This document shows positions 48,775 through 61,211 of a DNA stretch of 64,000 nucleotides, one piece after another. The stretch comes from Oculina patagonica (taxonomy: Eukaryota). A program made the position numbers and the translations under genes. Below the pieces are notes generated by a model. That model was not told where the DNA came from and did no database searches. It saw only the letters and a list, made by a program, of their open reading frames with translations. Numbering within the stretch: the first letter of the stretch is position 1; the number at the start of each line of letters is the position of its first letter. The DNA lies in the NCBI RefSeq assembly GCF_052425735.1, contig NC_135764.1:3658001-3722000 (forward strand), given 5' to 3'.

Positions 48775-49081
48775 GGGAGGTACGGTGGCCTAACGGTTAG
48801 TGCGTTGGACTCCGGATCGAGCGGTCCGGGTTCAAGCCTTGGCCGGGGTCATTGCGTTGTGTTCTTGGGCAAGACACTTTACTCTCACAGTGCCTCTCTC
48901 CACCAAGGTGTATAAATGGGTACCGGCAAATTTGATGCTGGGGGTAACCCTGCGTTGGACTAGCATCCCATCCAGGGGGCCGGGGGGAGTAGAACAATCC
49001 TAGTCGCTTCATGCTGTAGCTACTGAAACCGGGATAAGCTCCGGCCTGATGGGCCACTAGGCTCGAACACAGACTTAACCT
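48775..49081 (+). mobile_element. Full-length tRNA-derived SINE
   Basis: Pol III A box (tggcctaacggttag) and B box (gggttcaagcc) head, followed by cttgggcaagacacttt...gtgtataaatgggtacc core; other copies in the window. Confidence 0.85.
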
Positions 49082-50021
49082 ATGATATATACATGTAGAG
49101 CAACGTTAATTCAATATGCTAAGCTACTAGCCTCTTATTTACAGATCGCTAGTCAAAGGAAACGAAGGCTCTTCATTGGGTATATAGGGTGTACAAAAAT
49201 GTTTAGTTTCGTGTTTACTGAAAAGTTGCTCTGTTAAATAATCGATGCGTTTGTAGAAACGGGTACGGCCGCTAAACAGGAGATATTATTCCATGTCGAA
49301 AGATACCAACATGGTTTCCACACCTACCTCGGTTAGTATTGACGGAGGAGCCTAAAACGTTTGAATACGAAGATTGGTGCCACACGATTGAACATCAACC
49401 CAGTCCCCAGGGTCTTCTTCGTTTTTATAATGGCGGCTCGTCGGGAGAAGACCCTGGGAAAGGCTGGGTCACGTGGTACAAAATCTCCAAAACTCTTTGA
49501 GGTTTTTATCACGTGAGCCGCCATTTTTGAAAACAGAGAAGACGAGGCTGGGAGAATATCAGCTTCAGGCTAATAGACTAGTGAGTTGCTTTTAATAAGC
49601 GAAGATCGAGCTACGAGAATTATGATATTAAATGCGGAAATATAAAAATACAACGTATAGTTAGAATAATCGGTTTTCCTACTCATTCAATACAGCTACG
49701 TGATCCTAGCCTTCGATTGTGATATTAAAACATATTTTATTTTAAAAAAAGGTTTTCCTAAGATCTTATGACTTTAAGTATTATTTTTTTTTCATTTCCT
49801 TTAATAGTTTAAATTGTATGGTTTACGCACGTTTTTATATAAATGTTTTAAAAGTAGCACGTAGAAATTTAGCAGGAGAAGACCATTACACAAGAGAACA
49901 AATGTCTACCTCTATGCCCGCTAGTTTCCACGAATAGTTTACCCCAGCTTCTTTAACGGAATTTATCATTTACTATCATTTAAAGTGACTAGTTTCTGAA
50001 GAAACTGTTGTTCTACGTCGG

Positions 50022-50126
50022 CAACCTCGTTCTCAGGGTCTCTCTCTCTCTCTCCCCGCCCCCCAGAGCTCTGGCGGGGGGGGGGGGGAGGGGGGCGTGG
50101 AGAGAGAGACCCTGGGAACAAGGTTG
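50022..50126. mobile_element. Miniature hairpin element CAACCTCGTT...AACAAGGTTG with 9-bp TSD
   Basis: Inverted arms cagggtctctctct / agagagagaccctg; flanks ctacgtcgg / ctgcgtcgg. Relatives at ~15370-15445 and ~49396-49550. Confidence 0.75.
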
Positions 50127-50338
50127 CTGCGTCGGCGGACAAGTTAAACATTTAAAGTTGATAAAGGTTAATTTACCACCCATAGTGAATTTAAGAAAAA
50201 ATATTTTTCATTTCCATTTCTAGAGGTGAGCCAGCTCATAGGATAGAACTTCCTTTCACTGCACCACTCTCGTAAACGGGGGGGGGGGGGGGGGCACTTT
50301 CTTTTAGATCCGCCTCCGCCGTTTATTTCCTTCGCCAT

Positions 50339-50490
50339 AGGAAGAGAGCATGGCCGAGTGTTCGGCTGGGGCGCTGCTCTTGAAATCCCGAGGTCCTGAG
50401 TGCAAGCCTTTTTTCTTCTATCCCAAGTTCAACTTCTCGGCTATGCTATGCAGAAAAAGCCACCTGGTTAGCCTCCTGCCAGTTGGATAA
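50339..50490 (+). mobile_element. Degenerate tRNA-headed SINE fragment
   Basis: tggccgagtg...gcgctg...gaggtcctgagtgcaagcc resembles A/B boxes; downstream ctggttagcctcctgccagttgga. Confidence 0.45.
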
Positions 50491-52154
50491 TCATTCCCCT
50501 GTGTAATGCTAATTTAGGCGTCTGTTTTAACTCAACGTTGGCGACAGACACATGAAAAATTTCTTTTTTTATGTAACCTGGTCCATTTGTTTCACCGAAA
50601 TATAGCTAAATAAGCTATAACAGTGAATATAAAATAGGAGTATTAATAATAATTATTCTAATTATATGTGCTAACCCAACTAGGCTTGTGGGAAATCTTT
50701 GGGAGAATATTAATATTATATGTTAACAATAAACAGTACTTCTCTTATTACTGTGTCCATTGGGTTCTATTTGTGTTTATTTTTGGCCTGTTTGTGTTGG
50801 TTCCCCAATTACTCGGTCAATATCTCTGAAGTTTGCAGTTAAATGTCATAAGGTAGACGATCCCTTAAATTATTTCAAAGGTGATTTAAAAAACAAGAAA
50901 TGCTCAAAGATTGTCAGAAGTCTTTTCTACCATCGTGCCCAGAAAGTAGATCACGTGATGTCCAGCAGCTGGGAGGCAGCGGGGGAGTCAAAGCAGCCGC
51001 ATGCCGATAAAATGCACGTGCGGTTTTCAGCTCTTTGATTGGCCGAGAATGTTGGAAAACCAATAGAAGGCAAAATATTCAAGCCTTTGGCAAGCGGTAG
51101 CGCGCGCGTTTCTGTAATTGCTCGAGAATAAAGCTTGCCGCATATAAAGTGCATGCAACTTGCGGTGCGATCATGTTGTTAATGACGAAATAAATGTTTC
51201 TGCAACATTTTAATTGACAGAGAGTCGCTGTGAGCAGGGTCTTAGCGAACTGTCAGCGAGAAACGACAGGTTTTTTTTCGATATGGTGAAATTTAATACC
51301 TTCTAGTAGTGTGAATTTCCTCTGACATCGAAAACTGCATTTGAATCAGAATCTTGTTCATTGATTGTCAACAGTAACTTGTTTTTCATGTGCAAAGTAA
51401 TTGTATTTGTCAGAATTTCGTTTTATTGCTGTCAAAATTAAAACACATGAAAAGCTTCGCCACTTTGTAAGCCTATCGGTTGACGGCGGCATGTTTTTGA
51501 ATGAAATTATTCATCAAAGCTGCGATTATTTTTCTTTGTCATTAGTTTTCCTTTGCATAATCACTTTAAAAGTTTGTTGCAGATGTTTTTTCTCTTTTTG
51601 AGATCGCATACATAAAAATATTGTCAACGTTTTCAATTAAATGTCTTGAAAACGTTTCAAACTAGAGGCATGGAACGTAATCGACAATAAAAATTCTAAT
51701 AACCACAGTGTAAAATCAGTTTTAGCTAATAAGCTCGAGGTAAACCCCTCAAGCGTATACCGATTCAGATGCCTTCGTTTTATCACAAAAATCAAACGTT
51801 CATTTCCACTGATAGCGAACATATTTACACGCAGTTTTCCCGGCATATCTTATAGGTCAGATCACCGTACATATATCTTCATCTCCGTCGATGCGATATT
51901 TTCTTTTTCAGCGTCAGCGCCCGGTTGCATTAATGTTTATAATTATTCCTGGTCACGAGGGGATCGGAAGTTATTTATTTGAAGCTTTTATTCTGACAAC
52001 TTCATTTGCAATCGCCGGATCAGACGAAAACAACAGAAAGGTCGGTTTTCCCGCTGAAAAAAATCCAACTCGCCTCTCTACGAGAAGAGAATCTTGAGCC
52101 CAAAAACCCTGAACGAGAAAGATTTTTTAATGCTCGATACCAAGTGTAACAGAA

Positions 52155-54611
52155 ATGGCTGCAAAGCAGAAGAAGTCCGGATCTTGCACGTTGCGAGGCA
52201 AAGAAGCATTACTTGAATGGAGTAAGCGGCAGACTGTTGGTTACAAGAACGTTCGTGTGTGTAACATGACGACCTCATGGAGGGACGGACTTGCATTCTG
52301 CGCAATAGTACACCGCTTCAAGCCGGACTTCATGTAAGAGTATATATTTTCTTAGTTTACGCATATTTCTCTTTTTACCGTGCTTATAATTTAACCGCAT
52401 TTTGATTTGAATATGAAAATGATAAATTTGGAGTTATCAGTTCTGCCGTTTTTGTGGCAATGACACATGTCGGTGGAATTGTGGCATGTGAATTTGCAAG
52501 AAATAAAAATTCTCAAGAAGTTTGTTATTAAACTACAGTTTAATCTTAAGCATTTGAAGGTGAAGAATTTAATTTACCTGCCAGATCTTAATTATTAGTT
52601 TTTCTACCTCGATGAAATAGTCCGGATGTTGCAAGAGGGAAAGATACGATGATTTTTATTTATTTATTTTTTCCTTGAAACTAAAGTGTTCAAAATTCTT
52701 ATGTTACGATACCACATCGTGTTTAGCCGGAAAGTTTCGCTTGTTTTCTGTTTACGTCTACAGCTGGTAGATTATTACAATGATAATCGTATGCTGAAAT
52801 ATACAAGCGCCACAATATTAAAGTACTTCAGACATAATTCAAACGCGACAAGTTATAACTTTGTTTTATTAGCATACAATTTTATGAGCTTTGAAAATAT
52901 CAGACATTTGTTGCAACAATAATAAAATAAAAAGATAACAAGTTATAGAATACTGTAAGCTCTCCAATACACAAACAAGCGAAACGAAAAGAATTTTGGT
53001 GTTCTAAAACCACATGAATCGACCTGAAACACGATAAAATTGAAATACTGTAATGAAAATAATAATCCAATAACTTCAAAATTCTACTGTCGGTAGGCTC
53101 GGTTCGTTATCATAACTCTCCAATGAATGCGAAATACGAAAACAATAGAATTTTGACGCTTCAGGTCATAGTATGATTCGATCTGAAAAACAGTCAAAAC
53201 TTAAACAAATGAAAATGAAAGACTGTGGCTAGCTTAGGCTGTTGACAGCGCTTCTATTTTTCAACGCCAAAAAAGGCAAAAGAAACAGCGAACGAATTTT
53301 TTCTCCACGTTCAACGATCGAAGAAAAAACGAAAAAAACAACGGGGAAGTAGTAGAGAGATCAGTGAACAGCTATATGTTAACAGTCCATGGTTAGCTTT
53401 ATGCTGAACATAATAATTTTGTACATTCAATATTTTAGTTTCAGCAATTTAGCTGGATTCAGGCTTTTGTTTTTGTGGGGTTACTTTATGAACGGTTGAA
53501 ACACTATCATCTCTCAGCACTCGGTTTCTTTCCTATCTCAAAATAGTAATTCTCCTTACTGAACGCCATACATTTCTCTTAATGTTAGTTCTGAGAATTT
53601 AGTGGTAAATCAAGTCATATTTTTTCTTGATGATTTTCGTTATTCTCATCACCTATCTACTTAAAAATGTATTGATAGTGTAAGGAGATTTTAGATTTTG
53701 ATTCGGCTCTAGGCAATTCAACGATTCAGACACTGGAATTTATATATTTGGAGGGTAACAGCAGGATGTAGTTAACAAGTAAAGTTTCTGTTTGCTGAAA
53801 TAGCTTTAGTTTTTGGGTTTCAGTTTTAAAGACAAGAATTAACGTGTCTATTTATTTTTTCAGCGATTTTCAGAATCTTTCCAAGGATGACATGATAAAA
53901 AATAACGACCTGGTAAGATAAACACGAATTTCAATAATTTTATATCCATTTGCTTTGTACGCGAACATTGTTGGAGACCTCAAAACAAAAGTTTTCTTAC
54001 ATAGAAAAATAACAAAAGAGTAATAAAAAGGCGAAAATAACCAAGAATGTCTATGTTCGTGACATGGCTTATTTAAAAAGACAATATCTTTGAAAACAAT
54101 GTGAAAACATTGTCATTAAAATGAATGTACTGGGTTATAGTTTTGATTAAAAACTGCCATATGTAGAAACATGTCAGCAATCTTTTTATTGATTAGTATT
54201 TTTACGTGACTTGCAGATAATATGTTCTCGTGAATATTAAAACAACTTAAGATACTATTCAGTAACAGCTTGATTAGATAATGTGCGTGTTATAATAAAT
54301 AGAAAACACTGAATTATTACAAAATTTGTTGACACTTTTATGTCACGTATAAGCTGATTGCAAGCCACAATAGTTATTTTCGTTTTTGAAAATTTTGATT
54401 TTATTCTGAACTTGGCAGAGAAATCCTTTTGTTAAATTTATTTTATCTGTGCCCATTTAATATCAGCACCGGATATTTACAGTTTACTTAGTAAATAAAC
54501 CCCTTTCTGGCTTGCTAGTATATTGGAGGATAATGCCCAAGGCTGAAAGATTGTCAAAAAATGAACAGTTGGCCGAGAAGCGAAGCTTCGAGGGCAACTG
54601 TGAAATTTTGA

Positions 54612-54642
<31 letters not shown>

Positions 54643-56792
54643 CAATATACTAGCAAGCCAGAAAGGGGTTTATTTATTTTATAACCCTATAATTGATTTC
54701 TACAACGCGCTTTATCGCCAGTAAATTTATAGGAAACAACCTACGTAATAACCCCGGCGTAACTGTGGTTAAAACAAATGTAAGTTGATTGGTTTACGTG
54801 ATTTTTTAACTCTGTGATTTCATTAAAAGTTAGAATTGAATAACATGACTTCATTCTTTTGTTTTGTGCTTGCCTACAAAATCGGGCGACGGATATCAAA
54901 TCGGACGGGGTATATTCGCTGATACCCGTCTTCCGATTTTGTACCACGTGATGCGTTTTGTCCAATGAGCGCGCGCAAAAAATAATGAGTGGGTTATAAT
55001 AGTGTATATTCATTTTCTTGCTTTCAATATAATGTTGTAAATAAATTCTTGGCCAAGAACATATCGCGACAAAAACTGTAGCCGAAAAGGATGTTATTAT
55101 TTTAACACGCTATCAGTTTGTATTGTGACATGAACTATTACCTGACATCATAACTTTTTGAAGTTAAAGGCTAACCAAACAACTGAAAATGTGTTTTTAT
55201 GCTCTTAATATTTCGGTGAAGGCTAGTTCCCATATGACCGCCCCAATCGCCTGGTATGAGCAACGACCTACGAAATACAATCGTCTTAGCCCTAGTTCCA
55301 GCACAATGACAGCCTTCAATGAAAGAGCAAAACTTGTGGCCTCGTACTATACCGAAGAAGGGAAAGAGAAACTAGACGCAGATGTTAGCGATCGTCTGTG
55401 TTATGTTCTCATATAATTGCACCAATCGATTATATGAGAACCAGGCTTAAGTCAATACTATCGTTCATTAGGGACTAGGAAACCTAAGACGTAGGGGTTT
55501 ATTAAAAAAATTCTTTAAATATAAATCCATTTTTTACTTTTTGCACTGTCCTTATCGTCACCGTCATCATTGCTTTTAAAGGGTTACGCTTTTTGCAAGG
55601 TGGGGGGAGGGGATACCGTCAATCATCTAAGCAGACCTCTCAGGTAACAGAATTTCACTTTAACTGTCTCTTGGGTGTGGCCATAGTTATGATTGACGGC
55701 AGTGAATCGTTAGTTGGGTTTTGAACTTCGGGGTTCGCATGTTATTGAAAGGCGTTGTAAGCTTTTTGTCAGACAGCCTCAGTAAAACTATTGATTTTAA
55801 GTTATTCACACGTAAAAAATCTGCTCATATAAACCAGCTGTGCTGTGCGTAAAACTCGAACTGGATACTTAAAACTCCGAAAACGCCAAAAACGTACATT
55901 TTGTTTCGTTTCCAGGCCTTCAAGGTGGCAGAAGAGCAGCTTGGTATCCCAGCCTTGCTAGACGCGAGAGATCTGGTGTCTATGGATCTCCCGGATGAAC
56001 AGAGCATTTTGACATACGTTTCCTCGCTGTATAATCATCTCAGTAACATAAACACTTCAGGTAAAAAAAAAAATATCCTTTGACATAAAGGAAAAGTATA
56101 TTTCTTTATTAAATATTACCTTCAGAATTTTGCACTGCTATTTTTGATTGCAGAATGTTTTGCTTATGGCTTTCGTGGTCAAAGAGTGATGGCGCAATTT
56201 TGAGAGTTATTCAAGAAAATGCAGCTATAGAAATACTTTTTTCCACTAAGTCAAGCAACTTTTGTGTTTTTGTGTTTTTGGAGCAAAATGTTTGCATTTT
56301 CGTAGCAGAGAAGCCTTGCATAGAAGCCTTGCACGTGACCAAGAGGTTTCAAACTAACGTCAACTAACGTGTCTAAAACAGTGGATGTTAAAAGAACTAC
56401 GAGGGTAACACCAAAGACCCTCTTAGTTATTCTCTCTTGTGCATAACTAGACTGAATGGCATGAAGCTGCGGAGACCCAAAGAAATGAGAAAGATGTATA
56501 AGAGCAAAATAAATATTCATGTAACTTTTATTTTTTTTAATCACAGAAGAAGCAACGAAAACAAACAACAATACGAATAAAACAGGTAAATGTACAGTTC
56601 AAGTTTATTCAGTCAAAATGTTGAGAATCATTATAGTTGTATACTAACTTACAAAACCCTGTTTTTATTTTTTTAACAGGAAAACCCAGGCGATATTTAT
56701 TTGATATTCTGGCCGATGAGGCTTACAAACGACGCTTTAAAATAAGACAGCGCGAGATAGTCGAGGAAAAGGATTCTGGAGTAACTGCTTAA
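52155..56792 (+). CDS. Calponin-homology-domain protein of MICAL-like/EHBP1 type, apparently CH-only (~174 aa); exons 52155-52333, 53864-53912, 55916-56060, 56547-56585, 56680-56792 (alternative terminal exon 56306-56367)
   Basis: Spliced translation [98 protein letters not shown] is a complete type-2 CH domain. The last two exons rest on splice signals and phase only. Confidence 0.85.
54492..54676. repeat. Long inverted repeat (64-bp arms, 2 mismatches, 57-nt loop) in intron 2 of the CH gene
   Basis: Arms 54492-54555 and 54613-54676 are reverse complements. Confidence 0.9.
55220..55449. mobile_element. Degenerate Harbinger-like MITE
   Basis: aggctagttcccatatga ... ttatatgagaaccaggct. Confidence 0.5.
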
Positions 56793-58006
56793 AAGTGAAC
56801 AGAGGCAGAGGCAAACTTTTTAAAATTTCCGATCTGAATCCAAACGTACGCTTTCCATCAGCTGTTTCTAAGAAATTTTGCACCAAAATTTTGGCTCAGT
56901 TGTTCTCCAACTATGCTCGCCGAATCATTTTAATAATTTTTTTTTTAATTTTGCAGAATTATTTTAATAAACATGTCTAGCCTGGATGAAGATTTCTTTA
57001 AATAATCGTTACCATGAAAAGATTGATTTTTGGCACAAAAATAGAGGCAGGAGGGATTCTTTGAGAAGAAGTTTAGCTTTCAAATGATTTTTATGATTAC
57101 AATATACAATTCAATTAAATAATACAGCCGCACAACACTAATCAAAATACTACACGAAGTATCTTCTGTTAAATGTTACATGATTGTATAAAACGCACAT
57201 AAATATTGCCCTATCAGGACTATAAGCCTCTTTGCAGGGTGTGCCTTGGTATCCTTGTCAGGAGATAGGTAAAAGGATGTTTAATCTTTGGTTGCTCTAT
57301 ACTTAATTTCTTGTTCAATCATATACTAGAGTATTCAAAGGATAAATATTTGTAGAACTTTTTCTTGAGGCACAAAGCGATTGCACTCAGAATGTAATAC
57401 AATGACCCCAAGACCGTCTCCGAACTTGCATATTAAAGATCTACGTGACTTACTTTAGCTGATTTTATGTCAGCGAAAACTATTATTAAAAATTTAAGTG
57501 CTATGCATTAAAAGTAATTTTTTAAAACACGTCTTGATTGTATTTTTCTTAGCTGTGTTCACGAGTTACATGTGTTATGCCTGAGTTATTCTGTCACCTA
57601 TGTAAATTGTTAAAACGTTAGTTCGAAGCCCCTTGTGAACTGCACTTTTCTAGGACATGAAGACATTTTGGAAACAAAAACGGACGAATATATTTTTTAT
57701 TTTTGCTTCGTTGCCAAGTTTTAACTGGATGGCTAAAAACCAAATTATGGCACTTAAACAGAGTTTCGTTTTCGTACAAGAGAAAAGGCCAAAATTTGGA
57801 CTATTAGACTAGGGGGGTATCTTCAAAATAACATTTCGTAGGAAGAATACGGTCAAATTATCAGAGTGCAAATTAAGATAAACATGGGCAATGCAGTGGA
57901 GAGTTACTGTCATATATAAAGCGCGGTTAACAAGACACACACATGACATTGACAGAACACCATGTAGTGGCCACTACATGAAGGAAAATATACTCTTTAA
58001 AATATA

Positions 58007-58246
58007 TAGCCTGCAGTGCAGGCATTTTTGGCGTCCGAACGCTCGATAATAACAGTCGATCTGTTTTGGTCGCCATCTTGGATGCTTGACGAGTAGAGGG
58101 TCGCGGCGTCGCGGCGTCGCGGCGACGGTTGCAGCTAGCAGGCGCGCGAACGAGGCCCAGTTCTCTGCGCGCCTGCTCATCCAAGATGGCCGTCGTAATA
58201 TGCAGTCGGCGCTCGCGCCCAACAAATACTCCTGCACTGCAGGCTA
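58007..58246. mobile_element. GC-rich MITE TAGCCTGCAGTGCAGG...CCTGCACTGCAGGCTA
   Basis: 16-bp perfect TIR; internal inverted gccatcttggatg / catccaagatggc. Confidence 0.8.
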
Positions 58247-58995
58247 TAGATAGTATAGAATATAAGAACGCAAACTACATGTATATAAACTTCACTCTCC
58301 CTGAAAAGTATTGTATTATCTGAGAATCTAGGCTATCAATAACTGACTGGATCGTTTGTCAGCCGTCCGATAAGCGTTTTGGAGTTGAGCCATGATTGGT
58401 TTGAGTTAAAATTTCGACCGGACCGACCATCTTGTCCGCAGTTGTCAGTTAAAATGTATTTCTTTCGCTTTTCTCTATCCTATTTTCCAGTCAAAATTTT
58501 AGACGTTTTCCTTGCGAAGTTTCGTTCAACTAATTAGTAAAGTCTACTATGTGAACCTGACAAGCGAAGCCGAACCAGGTCACAATAAAATTTAAAGATT
58601 GAAGGCTTTTGGCTTACAGATCTAATTATATTTATTCAGCTGTAGTCAGCAGTTACAAAAAAAACTGGCAAAAAAACGTACGTCCTTTATATATGTATAC
58701 AATCATCTGCATCACTCTCAAGTTAACCAATGAAATCTCAAGAAATTAACATACCTTTCAAGTCGCACAGCAGTCTGTGCAAGTGGACAGTTTTAATCAA
58801 GAATATTAGAAGCAGGAAAGTAAACCAGTAAATGGTAATCGCAAGATCGTACGTCGACTGACAGCTATAGGCATACAACTGGCTTTTTGGGGCCTTTTTG
58901 GACGAATTAACTAAACATTTTAAAATGTTTTGGGCCCGTACGCCTTTGAATCGAAGAACGTCGCTGTATTTCAAACTAATGGTAACCTGCTAAAT

Positions 58996-61211
58996 ATGGC
59001 GAAGGTTGACAGCAAAACTTGTTTATTTCACGTCGTTGGATTTTTGGCTTTTATTCTTATTGGAGGAGCTGTTTTTATGCAGATCGAAAAGGACAACAAT
59101 AAAAAAGCGGCTACGTATACATTTGAGGATTTACAGCGTCAGTGGATAAAAGAATATATCATTTATCCAAGGAAAACATCACTAAGCTGTTACAAGATTT
59201 CGACAACATGAGAGAAAACGGAGCAAAACCAGCGTGGAGTTTCCTCAACTCAGTTTATTTTGTATTGCAGCTTGTCACAACAATAGGTAAAAAAAAACAT
59301 TTTGTTCATTTTTGTTTGCGATGAAATTTTTGATATCTCCTGAAAATTATTTTAATGCGAAGGGATCATCAGGATTCCTAATTGATTTCTATAACATTTT
59401 TAAACACCAGTCTGGCCAAAGCCTATTTTTCCGAATAGTATCGATACCCCATCAAGCGGACCGGTACTGGACGTGAATACTGAAAAAAACATTGCCTTAA
59501 CGAACCGCCAAATTCTCCAAATTAGGCCCGGTTTAGACGCCGATCTTTTCATGAGCCGAACCTAATTCCTCGAATTAAGTACATGAAAAGTCGGCGTCAT
59601 TAGAACGGCTATTTCAATTTGGAACGGCTCACCCGTTCTTCCTGCCTGGCTTGGCCGAGAATTTCGCCTGTGGAACGCCTTTGGAACGGCTTTGATTCAG
59701 ACGCCGTACTTTTCATGTGCCGATCCTAATTCATAAATTTTATAATGTATTTTGCCAGCAGTTTACCTCATTATTGGAATATATTAGGAACGGCCTCGGA
59801 ACGGCCAAAGGAGGGTCTGAATCAAGAGGCGTACTTTTGTCAATTTGGGTCGGTCCGAATTCGATTGAGTTCGGCTCATAAAAAGGACGGCGTCTGAACC
59901 GGGCCTTATAGCGTTAAAATCAATGTTTGTTAACCGCAAGAAGAATTAAAACGGAATCCGCCAGGTCTTGAGTATTAATTGGGAAAAATTTTTACATTTT
60001 ACATCTTATTGCAAACTTCTGTGTTACTGTTTCAAATATCTTATCAAAAGAAATCATTTCTAAGAACACCAAACATCGAGAACCAATTTCGAAGTTCCAC
60101 TGAATCCCACTGAATCGCTATAAGACGATTTTACAAAATAGCCTACTCGTGAGATTTCACCCATAGTTTACACGGATCTTGTGAACTTTAAAATTCATTT
60201 TCTCAGGCTCTGATAAGAAACACTTGTTGTTGGTGTTATCACTTCAAGAAAAAATTTTTTTTTTTTTTTTCCTTTTGGTTGGGGGGGGGGGGGGCCCCCC
60301 CCCCCCCCCCCCCCCCCCGGTAGATAATTACTTACATCTTTCGGTATAAAATAACGCAATAGGATTTAAATTATTCTGGTACTCGATTTTTGTCCAACTA
60401 AAATATTACTCGATTTCCTGATGGATTCCGTCTTTAATAATAACTTTCAATCAGAGGGTTAGAGCTAGATCCTGTTTTGTATGGCTACTCGTTAAGTCTT
60501 ACTTGAATTAAGCTTTACCTTTTTAACTCCCCTGTTTTTGTTGCAGGATTTGGCAATATTACCCCTAAAACACCAAGTGGTCAACTTTTCTCTGTAGCTT
60601 ATGCCATGGCGGGAATTCCACTTACAGTTCTAGCACTGAAATCGGTCGGACAACTCGTTAACGTGGCATTCAGAACAATTCACCGACCATTACATACAAA
60701 ATTCCACACCATACTGTGCGATGAAGGCAGTTGCGATTTTCTGGAAGGTGGAAACGTATGCCTCAACGTTACCTGTTTAAGTTTAATATGGATTATTGTG
60801 ACAGCTATCGGCGCGCATTTGGAGCCGAAACAGAACCTCATTAGCATTATTTATTCCATTTTTGTGACTTATTCTACAGTCGGGTTTGGTGACATCATCC
60901 CGTTCGAAGACCACAAATACGTTTTTATGATAATTATTATTCCAGGGCTTTGCTCTATGTCGAGTTTAATTGATTCCATTGTAGCTTACGCGGAAAAGAG
61001 CAATATGGCGACAAGACGTTTTTTTAGCCTCCCGAATTGCTGGCCGGCGAAAAGGAAAGCAACAATAACGGCAGATGAAGATCAGCAAGACACAGCGAAC
61101 GACAATGAGACTCCGTGTGAAGTAGAGAGGGTTTTAAACGACGAAACCCAAAACAACGTACCGGTAGTCTTGGCAATGGCATCTGGCCAATCACAGCAAA
61201 CACAGATATAG
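58996..61211 (+). pseudogene. K2P potassium channel (317 aa if corrected) with a 2-bp frameshift at ~59158; exons 58996-59286 and 60547-61211
   Basis: M1 FILIGGAVFMQIE, P1 LVTTI-G|FGN, P2 YSTVGFGD. GAATAT-AT-CATTTATCC here versus GAATATAATTTATCC in the downstream paralogue. Could be a real null allele or a consensus error. Confidence 0.75.
59525..59905. mobile_element. PIF/Harbinger-like MITE with TTA TSD in the K2P intron
   Basis: tta|ggcccggtttagacgccg ... cggcgtctgaaccgggcc|tta. Confidence 0.85.

Noticed and set aside
48775-48850. tRNA-like sequence (also 63399-63480)
   Set aside because: Continues into SINE body sequence and lacks a clean cloverleaf; these are SINE heads, not tRNA genes.
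60254-60320. T-run, G14 and long C-run forming a G/C palindrome; other poly-G runs at ~7901, 14127, 24570, 46445, 50277
   Set aside because: Homopolymer lengths are unreliable in assemblies and such runs are common in these repeats; no support for function.
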